NCBI RefSeq assembly: GCF_009834535.1
Contig: NC_045696.1
Span: 51,834,001-51,898,000, forward strand
DNA length: 64,000 nucleotides
From: Camelus ferus
Lineage: Eukaryota
Direction: 5' to 3'
Notes under the pieces: generated by a model
The model's database searches: none
The model's input: only the letters and a program-made list of their open reading frames with translations
Told to the model about the DNA's origin: nothing
Made by a program: the position numbers and the translations under genes
Shown here: piece after piece, positions 1 through 12,825 of the stretch
Layout: every line of letters starts with the position of its first letter
Numbering within the stretch: position 1 is the first letter of the stretch

Positions 1-924
1 TATTTATAGACACAAAGACAGAAACATAAAACACATATGTATAGGCAGGAGTCTGTTGGAGGTGGCGATTAGGACGAGGCAGTAATGTTAGCTTGAGTTC
101 CTATGACTTAAATAGCCACTTGAGCTCTGCTCTTGCAGTTTACGATGTCAATAGAACCCCTAAATGAAATTACAGCCTTCTGATACGCAGCAGGATATCC
201 TTTCTTTGCCATGCAATGTACACGGCCAGGAGAAATTGCTCTGTATATGGAGTTTCGCTAAAGCAGAATTTATCATAAGGCTGCTCTGCTAAAATATCAT
301 TATGCTGTTATTCACTGGATAACACATCTAATGACTCGGGGTGCACTTGATAGCCATGTTTCAGTGAACACAGACGCACGCCCTGATGTGAACTGGGCAC
401 TCCAGTGCTTCAAAGCGCTATCGATTTCAATTCTACCATAATTTACACCTGGCTTGTTTTGCCAATAGCTTGAACCCATGCTAACACTGGAACAGACACA
501 TACAAGTATTAGAGAAATCAGAAATGAACTGTATAGCAAAATACATGCAGCAAACTTCAGGATTCTGCTTTTGTAATCTCCCTTAATGTTCATCAAACAC
601 TCTGCACTATTTTCTCTGTTATGCTTGGGCATTTTCTCTGCTAGCACTGTCCCATGGTTGGTGATGACAGTAATAATAATAGCCTCTTATATTTATACAA
701 ACTGTTGGTACTTCCAGGGCAGGATGTGGGCACCAGTCTTTTTGGTTCCTCCACCATCTAGCACAATGGCTGGCACATAAGAGTTGCTCAAAATAATCTT
801 CTCTAAGATGCCTCTTCCTCTCTCTGTTCCATAAATGTGGTTTATTCCAAGGATCTGCTCCCTTTTGCTTTCTACCAATACATTTCCCTTGAGAAAAGTC
901 CACTCAGTAATTTTAACTATTACC

Positions 925-2523
925 CTGATGCTGACGATCCAGATGATTGCCAGACTTCTCTTTATCCCTGACCTCTCTCCAGGTTCCTGAGAAAATCCAA
1001 CAGCCTCCCAGGCAGAGGTCCTGATGCTTCCCAGCATCTCACAGTTAACACATTCAAAAACAAATTCATCATCTTCCCCCAGCCTACGGAACCTCCTCCT
1101 CATAGCCTTTCTTGCTTAGCTGTACAAGGCAGAAACCTGGGAGCAATCCAAAATTCCTTCTTCTCTTGATGCCCAGCTCAAAGGTTATTAAATTGTGTCC
1201 ATTCTGCCTCTTATCTCTCGAACGTGTCTCCTCCTCTCTATTCCCATAGTTGTTGTCCTAGTTCAGGGCTTCATTGTGTTCTGTCTGAACAATTTTAGTT
1301 GCCTCCTAACTCATTTTTCTGTCTCTATTCTCCCATTCCTCCAATCTATCCTCTGCCCTGCTGCCAGAGTGATCTTCCATAACACAATTTGATCATTAAC
1401 CTTCTCCACTTAAAACCATTCAATGGCTCCCCAAATGCCACATGATGATAAAACTTCTTTGCATGGCAATCAAAGCCCAACATGATTGTTCCCTGCCTAC
1501 ATCTATAGCATCATTTCTCCATACTCCTTCACTAAACGTGAGTGATACTGGTCCCCAACTCTGCCATGCTGTTTCCTATTTAAGTGCCTTTGCCCCTGCT
1601 GGTCCCCTTTCTGAATGCTCTTCCTCGCCCTGACCATCTGGGAAAATTCTTCAAGGCCCAGCACGGACTTATTAGCTCTTCTGTGAAGCCTTCCCTGACC
1701 CTCTGCCGCAAGGTAAGTTCAGGTAAACAGTCACTATTTTGTGCCTCGAAGGTTCCTCGAGCATCCTTAAATTACGTTACTTAGCATATGATGTTATCAC
1801 AACTTGTTTCCCAACCTGTGTCTCCACCAGCGAGCAACACGAGGTCACGTCTTCTCATGTTTGTACTGTCAATGACAAAGCCAACACCTTCACAACAGCA
1901 TATAAAGGCCTACCTGCTCAGGCCCCTACTGCCTCCCCTGCCTCATCTACCACTCCCCTGCTCACCCACTCTGATCCTGCCACATAGATTCCCTTATTAC
2001 CAAACTTGCCCCATACATTCCTGTCCAGGGCCTTTGCACTTGATGATTTCAGGCCAGAAATGCTCTTACCCAGACATCCACAAAACTTGCTTCTTCACCT
2101 TTCTCAAACGTTGTCCCCTTGGTGAGGCATTCACACTTCATCCAGTTTAAAATTGCAGTCTCATCCCTGACACACGCGCCCACACACACATGCACACTCT
2201 CTGTCTCCATCTCTGTTTCTCTTTCTTCTTTCACTTTTCTCCATAGCACTTATCACTATCTAACACACCATAAATTTTACATATGTGCCTGTTTGTCGTC
2301 TTTCTCCTCTGCCCAGAAAGTATTATGAGAATAGAGACTTCTGTTTGTTTTGTTTACTGTAGTAATCCCAGCCCTTGGAAAAGTTTCAGGTGCACAGTAT
2401 GTGCAACTTAATAAATATTTGTTAATAAATGAATCAATCTTTAGCTTCTAGAATAATACCTGTCACAGATGCGGATTTTAAAATGTTTCTTGAATTAATA
2501 AATAAGTAAATGGATGAATGAAT
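925..2523 (+). mobile_element. Cluster of L2 LINE 3' fragments (probably one L2 nested in another)
   Basis: Typical L2 3' motifs: ccaatctatcctctgccctgctgccagagtgatcttc, aaaaccattcaatggctcccc and cagggcctttgcacttgatg. There are two L2-type termini, ...aataaatatttgttaataaatgaat (~2434) and ...aaatggatgaatgaat (~2523). Confidence 0.85.
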
Positions 2524-2937
2524 GTTAAGTCCGTGTTTAATGAATGTAATGAAGAGACAATTTTTATAATTGGATCCTTATAACAATGCTGATAAATAAG
2601 TTCAATGGGTACTGTTCTCCTCACTAGACAGATGAAGTAGATGAGTAAGGTTAGGAGCCCAAATTAAGGATATATGGATAGTTTAAGGTTTGCTACCCTT
2701 TTCAACTCACTATTAAAAGGAAGAGACAATTCTCTGCACTCTGTTCCTGGTGTACCTCTAACATTTACTACACTATTTTGGTTCCTTTTGACTAGGAAGG
2801 CAATTAACAGGAGATGCAAGGTGCTAACACTTTTTATTACAATTTGTGTCTTTCCTTATTAGAGGCTTTTCATAAAACAGATCCTTTTCTTTCATTTTCA
2901 AAAGTGGATTAGGCACTCATACAATTTTGCCCCTCAG

Positions 2938-3002
2938 AGTGGTTTGTACATCACCACCCAAGAGGACATCATGCTACAAATCCTGCCAGAACGAACTGGA
3001 AG
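2938..3002 (+). other. Candidate internal exon (65 nt) of an unidentified plus-strand transcript
   Basis: Acceptor ttttgcccctcag|A with upstream branch-like CTCAT, and consensus donor AAG|GTGAGT. Unique sequence, open in all three frames. Confidence 0.5.
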
Positions 3003-4346
3003 GTGAGTGTAGCATTTGTAGCTTGAGAATGAACGGGTTGTTTGGTGCCAAGTTTGTGCTAATGGAGATGTCCTCTATGTGTTAACACCCAAAGGAGAAC
3101 AAATTTAACAACAAAACATTTCAGTTTTTGGCATGTCTGTGGAGAGTTAACTTTCCATTGTTCAAGGGTTAATTATCCATTATGTGAATCACTTCTCTTT
3201 CTCCCTCTGGCTGCTCACATCTAGGATTTCAGTTTACTAGAGGATAAATAGGACAAATAAAAAGAGAAGGAAATAAAACTAGTACATTTCATTTATATAT
3301 ATTAGAAGCTCCAGAAAAGAATTCAGTGTAGGAGACAGAATTAGATGTAGTTTGGGGATTGCCAAGTGGATTGACCATTGATAAAAAAATGTAATTAAAT
3401 TTTATAAAACATTTTGACTTTTTAAAATTATTGTTTCTTTAGGCCAGTTTGTAGTATATGAAGCTAGTCTCTGGATATTATTTATGTCAGCAGGGTACCA
3501 TTTAGGGTGCTGGAATGGGCCCCTCTCCTCCAATGTGTCCACAGCACCAAATGTGCCTTCTTATGCTCCAGTTAACTGACTGCAGAAGCACTAAAAGATC
3601 CCACCAATTTCTTTACTCAGAGAAACAACTGCACTTGGCTATTTTCAGCTATTATTTGCCTAAAACAGGGCATTTAATTAGTGCTTGTTAAGATAGTAGA
3701 AATGATTGGGCTGCCTGTCCTCTTGCCCCTCTCTTTATTGTGCTGTCTGCTCCACCCTTCTCCTTTCTAGTTCACAGGCATTTGTAGCCAGTCTTCATGC
3801 CTTTTCACATCTGACATCAGCCTGAGCTCCTTGGATGGTTGAGTTTGAGGAAAGAAAGAACCACTGAGTGAGTGTAAGCAAGTACTGACAAGCTGCAGAA
3901 GCCATTGGTCAATCTGATACATTATGGGCAAGTCTGGTAATTTCATACTGTAGGAGCAGACCAACCTGGGTATGTGGCCACCCTCAGGAGTCTTGGAAAA
4001 TGAATGGAGCTACTGAAAGCTCAAGATATGCCCCATCAGAAATTACCTGGACATTGTGGAGATTAGAAAAGCTACCTTGGCAAATGACTGGAGATGCTGT
4101 TAGCTAGTTGGAAGATCTAATATAGGAATTAAGGGGGTTCAGATATAGAAGAATCTATTGATGTGTTTTCTGGGCATATTTCTTTCTTATGATAAGCAAG
4201 ACATTCATTGTCAATGCACTGACTTACAGATAACCATTTATCCATTCATTCATTCATGCATCATCCTATTCACTGATCCTCCATTGAGATTAAGGCAATT
4301 TGACTTTGGCTTGACAAAGTACCTGCCTTCTAGCCACTTGTAATTT

Positions 4347-4350
<4 letters not shown>

Positions 4351-4380
<30 letters not shown>
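4351..4380. repeat. (CA)15 microsatellite
   Basis: Perfect CA run read directly. Confidence 0.97.
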
Positions 4381-4384
<4 letters not shown>

Positions 4385-7300
4385 CATGGTACATGATAAG
4401 TGCCAAATGAAAGCTATAGACTTTTTAAACGCTATTAATGTCAGAAGAAGAAGTTTTACTTTTAGTTTGGGTTATTATGGAAAGCTTCAAAGAAGAAAAG
4501 TGTGACTTGACAAGAATATGCCTTAGCTGGATAGTTGAAAAGGTATCTGGATAATTATAGTTGCTGATGCTGATATGTAAATACAGCATCAAAGTATTTA
4601 ATGTACAGCTAAATAGCTGAGAAACTAGAATAAACTGGGTCATTTGTATATAAATTAATTCTTACAAAGAAAGTAAATAATTAAATATATTCTCAATTTT
4701 AAGATAATTAACAGCAATTTAATCTCTTTCTACTTAATTTTAAACTACTTTATACATATAGCAAATAATATTTTGAAGTTGTGCATAACAGAATTTAGGT
4801 TCATAATCTAACATGTATATTTGATGAAGGATAATTACCAATCTTATCAGCTAACCAAATCTCACCTTTTGCAGATACTGTTCATAAATATTTGTGTAAA
4901 TTTTCTGTGTTATCAGTGTGATAAAATGTCAGCTATATTTCACTCGTGGTTTTATTGAATTCAAAGGCAAGTAACCCTAGCTAGCATTTGGTCCTATTTT
5001 TAATAGCTGAATATAAGCATGCACAAAATAACACACATACACAATTGTGTGATACAATGAATCAATGCCTTCTTCCTAACTTTTAAGACTATGTAGCTTT
5101 TTCAAAGACATCAAATGAATATCAAAAGCATTTCTACATAAATAAAAAAGAATAATTTCTTATTGGGGCAATCATAATTCTGTTACTTAGCAATGTCATT
5201 TGTGTCTAATTGTGACTGCCTAATTTAATGAATTTAACATATAGGAAGTACTTACAGATAAAATGTACATGCAAGAAAATATACACTTTGTAACATGCAT
5301 CTTCCGAAATGAAATTAGAATTTGGGAGATGAGCACTGGAAGATCGAATCATTGACAGTACACTATGAAGGTTTATAACATAGGTATTGAAGAAATCAGG
5401 TAATATTAATACAGGCATTTAAACAGAAGAAATGTATCATTATCCTGCATTTCTATCAAAGGCACTGATCAAATTCTGACTTATAAATTCTAACTTAGCC
5501 ATGGAATTCTTCCACAGCCACGTGGAACTCCAGATCTTGGCAACAATAAAGAAAATTTCTCTGGCAGGTTGTATTTTTAAAATGTCATCACTTGGGATAT
5601 ACCCTTAGATACTGTGTTTACCTATTTTCCACTTAAAGATGCTTATAAAATTTTATGTACAGGCCTAGAAGATTTCAATAATAAAATGTTTTCAAAGTGT
5701 TAGAGACCCAACTTGCCCTTATTGTAGTCCTAATAGACATCACCCCTACCAGAGATTAACAGACAATTGTCCTGGGAGTCTGTACAGCCTGAGTGTTAAA
5801 ACTGAGGAAGGAACAACCTCATATAGGTCTTGGCAGTAATGGGGTAAAAACTAGTTAGATTTTTTATATCATACTTTAAAAAAATTTAACACCATTCTGC
5901 CATTCAACTTCTTTCTTTTGAAAATAAGAGAACTAATGGAAAATCCCCAAGAAACATTACACATACAAGTAGTATGGTCACAACCAACATGGCCTGACTG
6001 AAACAGGCAAGTTTGGCCATTATATACCATTAAACTTTCAGCACGTTGGTCCTAATAAAACTCTGAGACTGCCTCCTATCATGATGGCAGCACAGGAATC
6101 TGATGTGCCTCACAAACTATAGAACCTGTGAAAGGAAGCTGACTCTTTGTGCTAAAGGTCACTGATGGACCCTGATGAGGCTGTAGGGAACGTGGGACCA
6201 CATAAGCACTGGTGAGTCCTATGGCTAAGAATCTGAATTGCCCAGAGTAGCAAACAAAATTCCAAAGCTAAGTACCAATGTAACATGTTGGACAACTACA
6301 CCAGCTTGGACAAGAGTACACACCACAGGCACACACAGTACACATCTGGTTAAATGTAAAATCAACTATTGCTAAAGCATTTTCAACTTTTAGGAGGAAT
6401 CTACTGGCAATGTGTTAATAGCAAGAAAAACTAAAACAATAAAATAGCATCTCTTTCCAAATATTTAAGAACATCGAGTAAGTGCCCCTTAGGCTGGGTT
6501 GTGGTTCCTGGAAGTTTTAGCCTATGAGAACCATATTGGGGACATCAAAGACTCCTCCCTCTCTCCAAAGAGCAATTCACTTCAGATGCTGCCACACAGT
6601 CAAATACTTTTATGGCCACCATGTTTTTTTGTTTTTTGTTTTTTCCACTCTTAATATTTTGGAACATGCTGGATTCTTGAAATTGGAAAGAAGACAAGAA
6701 AACACAGTAAGATCAAATACCTCTGAAAGATCAACCAAGTAGAGGTCTGATGGTAAGAAATAAATATGCATTCGACTGAAATTCCACTTCCAGGGAAAGT
6801 GCAAGTTATTAACAAGGACGTGAAAGGCACATATTGGCACCAAAAGCTGGTCTGTTGACTCCTCTGCTAGTCTCATATCAGACAGGATGCAACCACCCCC
6901 ATTCCATTCCTTCGACAACTTCTCAGAGCACACTCAATCAGCGTCTCTTATATTGAGGACAAGACTATATTTGGGTTTAATACTGTGAGGACAGTCATCT
7001 AGTTTTCCTATGTCAGGATGATAAATTTCCCCGGAACCAAATAAGGATTCTCCTTGCATTCTTCTGTTCGATACCATGAAGGCAGAAGAATAAAGAGGGT
7101 GTGACAAATAAAATTTTCCAAAGGTCAGGTGGGAGGAGTTTCCCTAACATTTAAAACAACCAGTTCTTCGAAAAATAATCTTTAGAAGCACAGTATTAAC
7201 AATATTCTTTTGCTAGGCTTCTAATTTTCTTTCTTGCTTAGCTGGGTACGTTAAGTATTCTGAGCATAACGTAAATGCACTGAATAGAGATGCATGAAAA

Positions 7301-7393
7301 GTTGGTAGAGAGAAACTCCAAGCGAACGGTGAATCCCACTTTCACTTCTCCCTCTCGCCACCTCGATACCACCTCCCCACCCCACTCACTCAC

Positions 7394-7576
7394 CTATCTT
7401 CCTCCTCCCACAAGCGTGTTTTCTAGGCATGTCAAGGCTGACATCCATCGGTGGCAGCATGAAACCTATGCCTGCAGGCTCCTCCTGTGCACAGACTCAA
7501 GGCTCAGCCATTGTCCACAGAGTGCTCTCAGCTGTGCATAGTAAAAGCTTCATCAGGCCGTTGGATTGTTTGGTAG
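7394..7576 (-). other. Candidate 5'UTR exon (183 nt)
   Basis: Minus-strand donor TAG|GTGAGT at 7394/7393. Possible acceptor T11-AAAAG| at 7577-7578. Confidence 0.45.
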
Positions 7577-7699
7577 CTTTTAAAAAAAAAAACTGCATTT
7601 TTTTTTTCCTTTTTAAAAACACTCGTTATTTCCTGACTGCCTCAGAGACACCAAGAATAGAATCCTTGACACATCAAATTCTGGAACCTCACCACTCAC

Positions 7700-7839
7700 C
7701 AGGACTGTGGTTCCTGATCCAAGGAGTGTCGACTGAGAATCAGCACAGTCTGTTGAGAGTGTCCAGGCCTGGCTGCTAAGCGCCCTGCTCTGAGCAGTCT
7801 GTCGAGTTCACAGTGTTCCAGAGTGCTGAAGCACAGAAA
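7700..7839 (-). other. Candidate 5'UTR exon (140 nt)
   Basis: Minus-strand acceptor TTTTCCTTCCACCTCCCCTCCCCAG| (AG at 7841-7840) and donor CTG|GTGAGT at 7700/7699. Confidence 0.55.
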
Positions 7840-8442
7840 CTGGGGAGGGGAGGTGGAAGGAAAATCACTGGAGCCTCTTACGATCTAACTTCCACTAACT
7901 GAGAGGAAATGTCTTATAAATAAACAACAGCAGGAGAAACAAAAAAAAAAAAAACCCCATCCCGTCCTGCCAGAGGAACGCACATTGTTGTCTCCCGACG
8001 GAAAGCTTTACACCGCACCAGAATGCAGCCATGTCTCCTGAAACTACCTCCCTCAAAACAGAAAGGAAAAGAGAACCAAAAAAGAGTTTTTTTATCCCCT
8101 TGAATTCTGTTGGGAAGTTCATGTGAGTTCCCAGGAGACAAACTAAACTAAGCAGTTTCAACAGTGTCACTGTTCAAGGGTTTCTTGTGGAGGCTGCTTA
8201 TTAGCAAAATTTCATTTCTGCCCAGATCACGGCTGTGCCATCCGGACATTTTCAGAAGGGAAGTTCAGGGAAGGGGGGGGGGGGAAGGGTGCGATTGTGG
8301 AGGAGAGGAAGAAGAGAGGACAAAGGAACATTCCTGATGAACCGGAATGCCCTAGACACGGCCATGAGAAAGCCAGCCCCCGCCCGCCACCCCACTGCTG
8401 CTTGTTGAGGACTTGGTGATGCGGTGTGTTTAATCTACTTAC

Positions 8443-8560
8443 TCTTTCTGCTCGGGAGGCTGAGGTTCCTACATTTCCAGCTCATGCTGGACTGTACCGT
8501 AAGCAACAAGTGAAATGAGTTCAGTGATCTCATTCTAGTCCTTCGACTCCTGTCCACATC
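8443..8560 (-). other. Candidate first exon (5' boundary approximate) with an ATG at 8485
   Basis: Donor AGA|GTAAGT at 8443/8442. The ATG is in AGCATGA context and reads MSWKCRNLSLPSRK up to the donor. It lies just downstream of the ARE/AP-1 motif. Confidence 0.5.
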
Positions 8561-8593
8561 GCTAAGCGACTGCACAGCTTGGCACAGGCCAGG

Positions 8594-8604
8594 ATGAGTC
8601 AGCA
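8594..8604 (+). promoter_or_regulatory. ARE/MARE plus AP-1 composite site (NRF2/BACH1-small MAF, AP-1)
   Basis: ATGAGTCAGCA matches RTGASTCAGCA exactly and contains TGAGTCA. Confidence 0.55.
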
Positions 8605-9865
8605 GTCTCTGGTCATGAGAGGCCAGGCCTGGAATAGCAGGGGGTGGGGGGGGTTAGGTCAGGAGTAAAATGAAGCAGAAAGGCCGTCTAGATGGCAGGG
8701 CTCAGCTCTGCAATTCACGGAGATACTGCAGGTCAAAGTGAAAGCGGCTCATCAGCTCTGGGGTGAAGACTGCAGGATTGTAGAAAAAGGAGCAGCAAGG
8801 GAAAACTTAGAACAGCAGCCTACCAAACATAGCAAGAACAAATCAGAGTACCACAGGCAGAGAAAGAGGGCACTGGCGGAGCCCTGGAGGAGAAAAGATG
8901 CTCATTAAGATCTCTGGAACATCTTTTTTCCCCATGTGCTCCTGAACTTGATTTAAGAAACAGTGGTCACCAATCCTGGTATTTTGGTATTGCTTTCCCA
9001 ATTTGGTAAGTAGCCAAACATACAAATAAAAGCAAAGCACTACATTAAATAGCAAGAGGAACCCTCATAGTCCATAAAATAATATAGTTCTAAGTAAAAG
9101 CCTAATATCTCAGAAATGTACATTTGGGTCAATAGTATCCTTGTACAGCCTGCAAAATACTGGCCACAAAATGGTTAAAGAGAAGCACTCCTTAAATTGA
9201 GCTTGGGTGTCGGTAGAGAAGAGCTAAGAGAAAAGAGACGTAAGTTTGAGATGAAGCACAAGAGAAATATGAGACTGTGTCCATATTTCTACTCAATGAG
9301 GTCAGCAGAGACCTCGATCAGAAGTGACACTTTCCACCAAGAAGACTTTCAAACACCTCTCCCTGTGCAGTTGGACTGTGATACAGCGAGAGGAGAGGAA
9401 AAACAAAACAGTCAGAGGGACAAACCAGGTTCAATGTAAAGAACAAATCGGTGACAGACATTTTGTTTTGGAGGCAGCAAATCACGCGATGAACCAATGG
9501 ATAAAGAAAGATCTTAGTGTATGAAACAAACTCCGAGAACCACTCCTAGATAAGGAGACTGACAGAGGGACAGAATTATCAGCAAATAGTGGTGATGGCC
9601 CCAAAATAAGGAAGAAAGGGATCTCAAAATTCAGATGGTGTGCATCAGGAACTGCAGTAAAGAGAGTACCATCAGCAGAGTTGGGAAACACTACCATGAG
9701 ATTTCTTTGAACTGCTCTGAAGAGGAATTATACGGACCCACCATATATTCCTAATTGTTATCCCTTAAAGATGCACAAATGTGTCAAAAAATGCAGAGTA
9801 AATTTTTTTTTAGTTTTTATTCCAGAGAGTATTAAATCATCTCAACACATCTTTGATAAATGCTC

Positions 9866-10005
9866 AACCTTGAGCAAATGAACTTTCTAGCCTCAGTTTC
9901 CTTCTCTTTACAATGGAATATTATCACCCTAAATTTATTGTAAGGACTGACTAATGTCTGTCAGTCTTCACCACAAGTGAATACTTAATAAAGTGCTATT
10001 CTTTT
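9866..10005 (+). mobile_element. MIR SINE fragment
   Basis: ccttgagcaaatgaac...agcctcagtttccttctctttacaatgg core. Confidence 0.75.
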
Positions 10006-11455
10006 TATTTATTATATCATCTTCATAAGCGCCCAGTGAAAGGATCATTTCCTGTGTCGTTCCACTGTGTTGAGTGGAACTGGCACAGAGACTCTGGTAA
10101 AATCAGTTGGGCAACATTCCTCAAAGAATGCTGCTTTAAAAAGCTTATTTCTGCTTGGCTATGTTAAACATTATACATGAACACAGAAGATGTTGAAAAC
10201 CTATTATGTTAAAAAAAAATCTTGATTTGGGGTATCTATGTTGTCAAAGCTGCTTGGCCTTAACAGCGTTCAGAAACTAGAGGCCTAAAAAAGAAGAGTG
10301 ATTTTTTGAAGCTTCTCCAAAAGCAACAGGATAAAAGTGCTATCGGCCTTGACCGCATGATGAGGGTTTTTTACCAAAGGGGAAAACTTTGTCCAGTTGA
10401 TCATCCCAGCCTAATTGATTAATTGTGGGTCTGACCATCTGGCTGATGAATGCTGACACCCAGCAGTGATTACTGTGTAACACAAGTCCGGATGTGCTCT
10501 CCCTGATGCCTCCCACAATAATGGCAACGCTGAACTTAAGGTTAGTTTATTCAGGCCTCTTGGCTCAATCTCTTCATGGAACAGTGGTTGTGGCAGGGAA
10601 TATTTTACTAGACCTGGTCAAGCATTATCTTCTCTTATTTCAGTTACCCGCTCCTTTCCAACTCCACGCCTACCCGCTCCTGAGCCCTCTCTTGTCCATA
10701 ATCACTTTTCATGCAAAGCCTTCCATCTGTAGTTTTCATCATACTGTCTGATTCTCTCATTTCCGGTTGCTCTATTCTGAAAAATATTCGACTGGTCTGA
10801 AAGACCCATACTGTTATTTTGCAGGGAGTCCTACCGAGACATTTTTATTGTGTCTTCTTTGTTGCTGGTTTACTTCAAATGATCCTGTGCTTGCGAATAA
10901 AGAAAATTATTTCACCTAATTCATGATCCTGCTTAAAAGGTCCACATATAGCCCAAGTTCCCCAAGAGATTAACAGAATACCAGGGTTAACAGAAGATAA
11001 TTCTTACATCTTGAACCTACATCCGTTCTTCAGTTAGGGTGCCCCTTGGAGAAGATTCTCCCTACAAAGACTCTGGAGCACATTTTAGTGCTAGAGAAAA
11101 AAGTCAGGCTCACATAAATAACAGGAATCAACAGCAATGCCACCCACAAACCAATCAAGACAACCTGCATATGGCAGAATTCTCTAAGCAAACCAAATCT
11201 GAATGCATAAATATAAACCCTGGGGAAGCACCACCAAATTATTACTATTTGTGGGCAGGCACGGGGGAGTAAACTGATACAAAATGTCTTGCACAAAGTT
11301 GGCCATCGAGTCACAATGAAGGTGAATCATCCATTTCCCCTCTCCTCTTCCCAGACTGATTTCCATTTCAAAATTCATCATTTTTCTTGCTCCCCACAGA
11401 TGCTGAATTCTTCTATGTTCCAGGCTGGGTTAGTGTTAATTTTCAGTTGAGGATG

Positions 11456-11653
11456 GCAGTAGCATGCTGAACTACTGAGTTCCAGACTGGGAGTTGGGAA
11501 ATGTTTTTGGCCTGAATGTCAGTAAACAACTATGTGTCTACGGCTAGTCAGGTCCCTTAACTCCCCACGTCTCAGCCTCTTCATTGAAAAATGATAGGGT
11601 AGGACTGCATGAACTTCACGGTCTCTGCCAACACTAAGATTCTATGGTTCTAT
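11456..11653 (+). mobile_element. MIR (MIR3/MIRc-like) SINE
   Basis: Core tctcagcctcttcattgaaaaatg and MIR3-type tail ...ccaacactaagattctatggttctat. Confidence 0.75.
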
Positions 11654-12640
11654 AGCTCATTTCCCTTTTCTCTCTGGCACCAACTGCTCAACAACTCTGC
11701 TTACAGTCATTTCTCTGCTCTCGGTAACTGATGGAAAAATATCGCCTTCATTTACCACCCGGTATTTGGTATTTGTAATCTTCCTCTCTCTCTTTTTTTT
11801 TTTTTTTTTTTTTTGATGCTAGGTATTTTGAGTCATAAACGTGAACATATCAGATAGATGCTTTAAATTTGAAAGCATTTAAGGAGAATAGCTTTCCCAT
11901 GTAGAAACACTGAGTGCAGCTCGGCATGGAGGAAGCCAGGCATCCAAAAGTGGAGCAAAGGGGCCAATTCACAAATGAGAGGAAGCCTTTCATAATAAGA
12001 GTCTCCAGACTCTTCAATTTAGATAAAGCTACCAAATTCCAACTACTTTTCCAGTCAATCCCAGACACCCTCACAGACACTTAGGACTGCAGACTTGAGG
12101 ACCAGCACTGGCAGAGATGCAGTTCTTATTTCACCTCCACCGTGTATTGCCAAGTAGGATTTAGGATGGCATAGTGATAAGAGCCAAGAGGACAATCTGT
12201 CATTTATTTTCCTCCAAACTTTTTGAAATTCCCCATTTGGGCTCTGTTTCCCAGTTTTAATTTGGTAACTGCCATTTTTCAGCATTTCTTTTAACAGGTT
12301 ACTAATAATTTCTGATACAGGATCTCATATTTCATCTTGGGCTGCTAGAACGGCTGTTAATATTTCATCTGCCTTCAATTCAGCTCTGAATAAAGGCTGC
12401 TGGATTTTTGATATGCTGTTAACACTTTGGTTCTGGGGATTTGATCACCAGTGCTCATCCAGTTTGTCCATGTCTTGTTAGGCAAGAGTAACAGATCGTC
12501 TTTGCAATATCTCGGGGTGTGCTATACGTTCTAGGGATACGTTCAAGTTTCTTTTTCTGGATCTTTGATGAATACAACACAAACAAGCACTGTGTCTGTT
12601 CTCCCAGGTAGCTTGCTATTTGTTTCAATGATAGTGTTCG

Positions 12641-12825
12641 GGAAGCAGGGTGCAATGGTTTAGAGCCAAGGCACACTGGCAGATCTAAGTTCAAATTCTG
12701 GCTCTGAAACATACTACATATACCATGTTAGGCCAGTTCCTTAACCTCAAACCTCTATTTTTCTATTTGTAAAATAGGGATAATAACAGTATCTACTGCT
12801 GTTGCTATGAGGTCTCAAAAAATGA
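12641..12825 (+). mobile_element. MIR SINE
   Basis: agttcaaattctggctctg...ggccagttccttaacctc...tttgtaaaatagggataataacagtatcta. Confidence 0.85.

Larger units (their letters stand above)
7300..8760 (-). promoter_or_regulatory. Putative promoter / 5' end region of a minus-strand gene
   Basis: Local rise in GC and CpG; GC-box-like cccccgcccgcc (~8377-8388); ATGAGTCAGCA (8594-8604); G-runs; TATA/MEF2-like ttataaataa (~7914-7923); three clustered minus-strand consensus donors; no recognisable repeats. Confidence 0.6.

Noticed and set aside
312..2328. Cluster of 60-136 aa ORFs at the window start
   Set aside because: Most overlap decayed L2 sequence. There is no recognisable domain and no exon structure.
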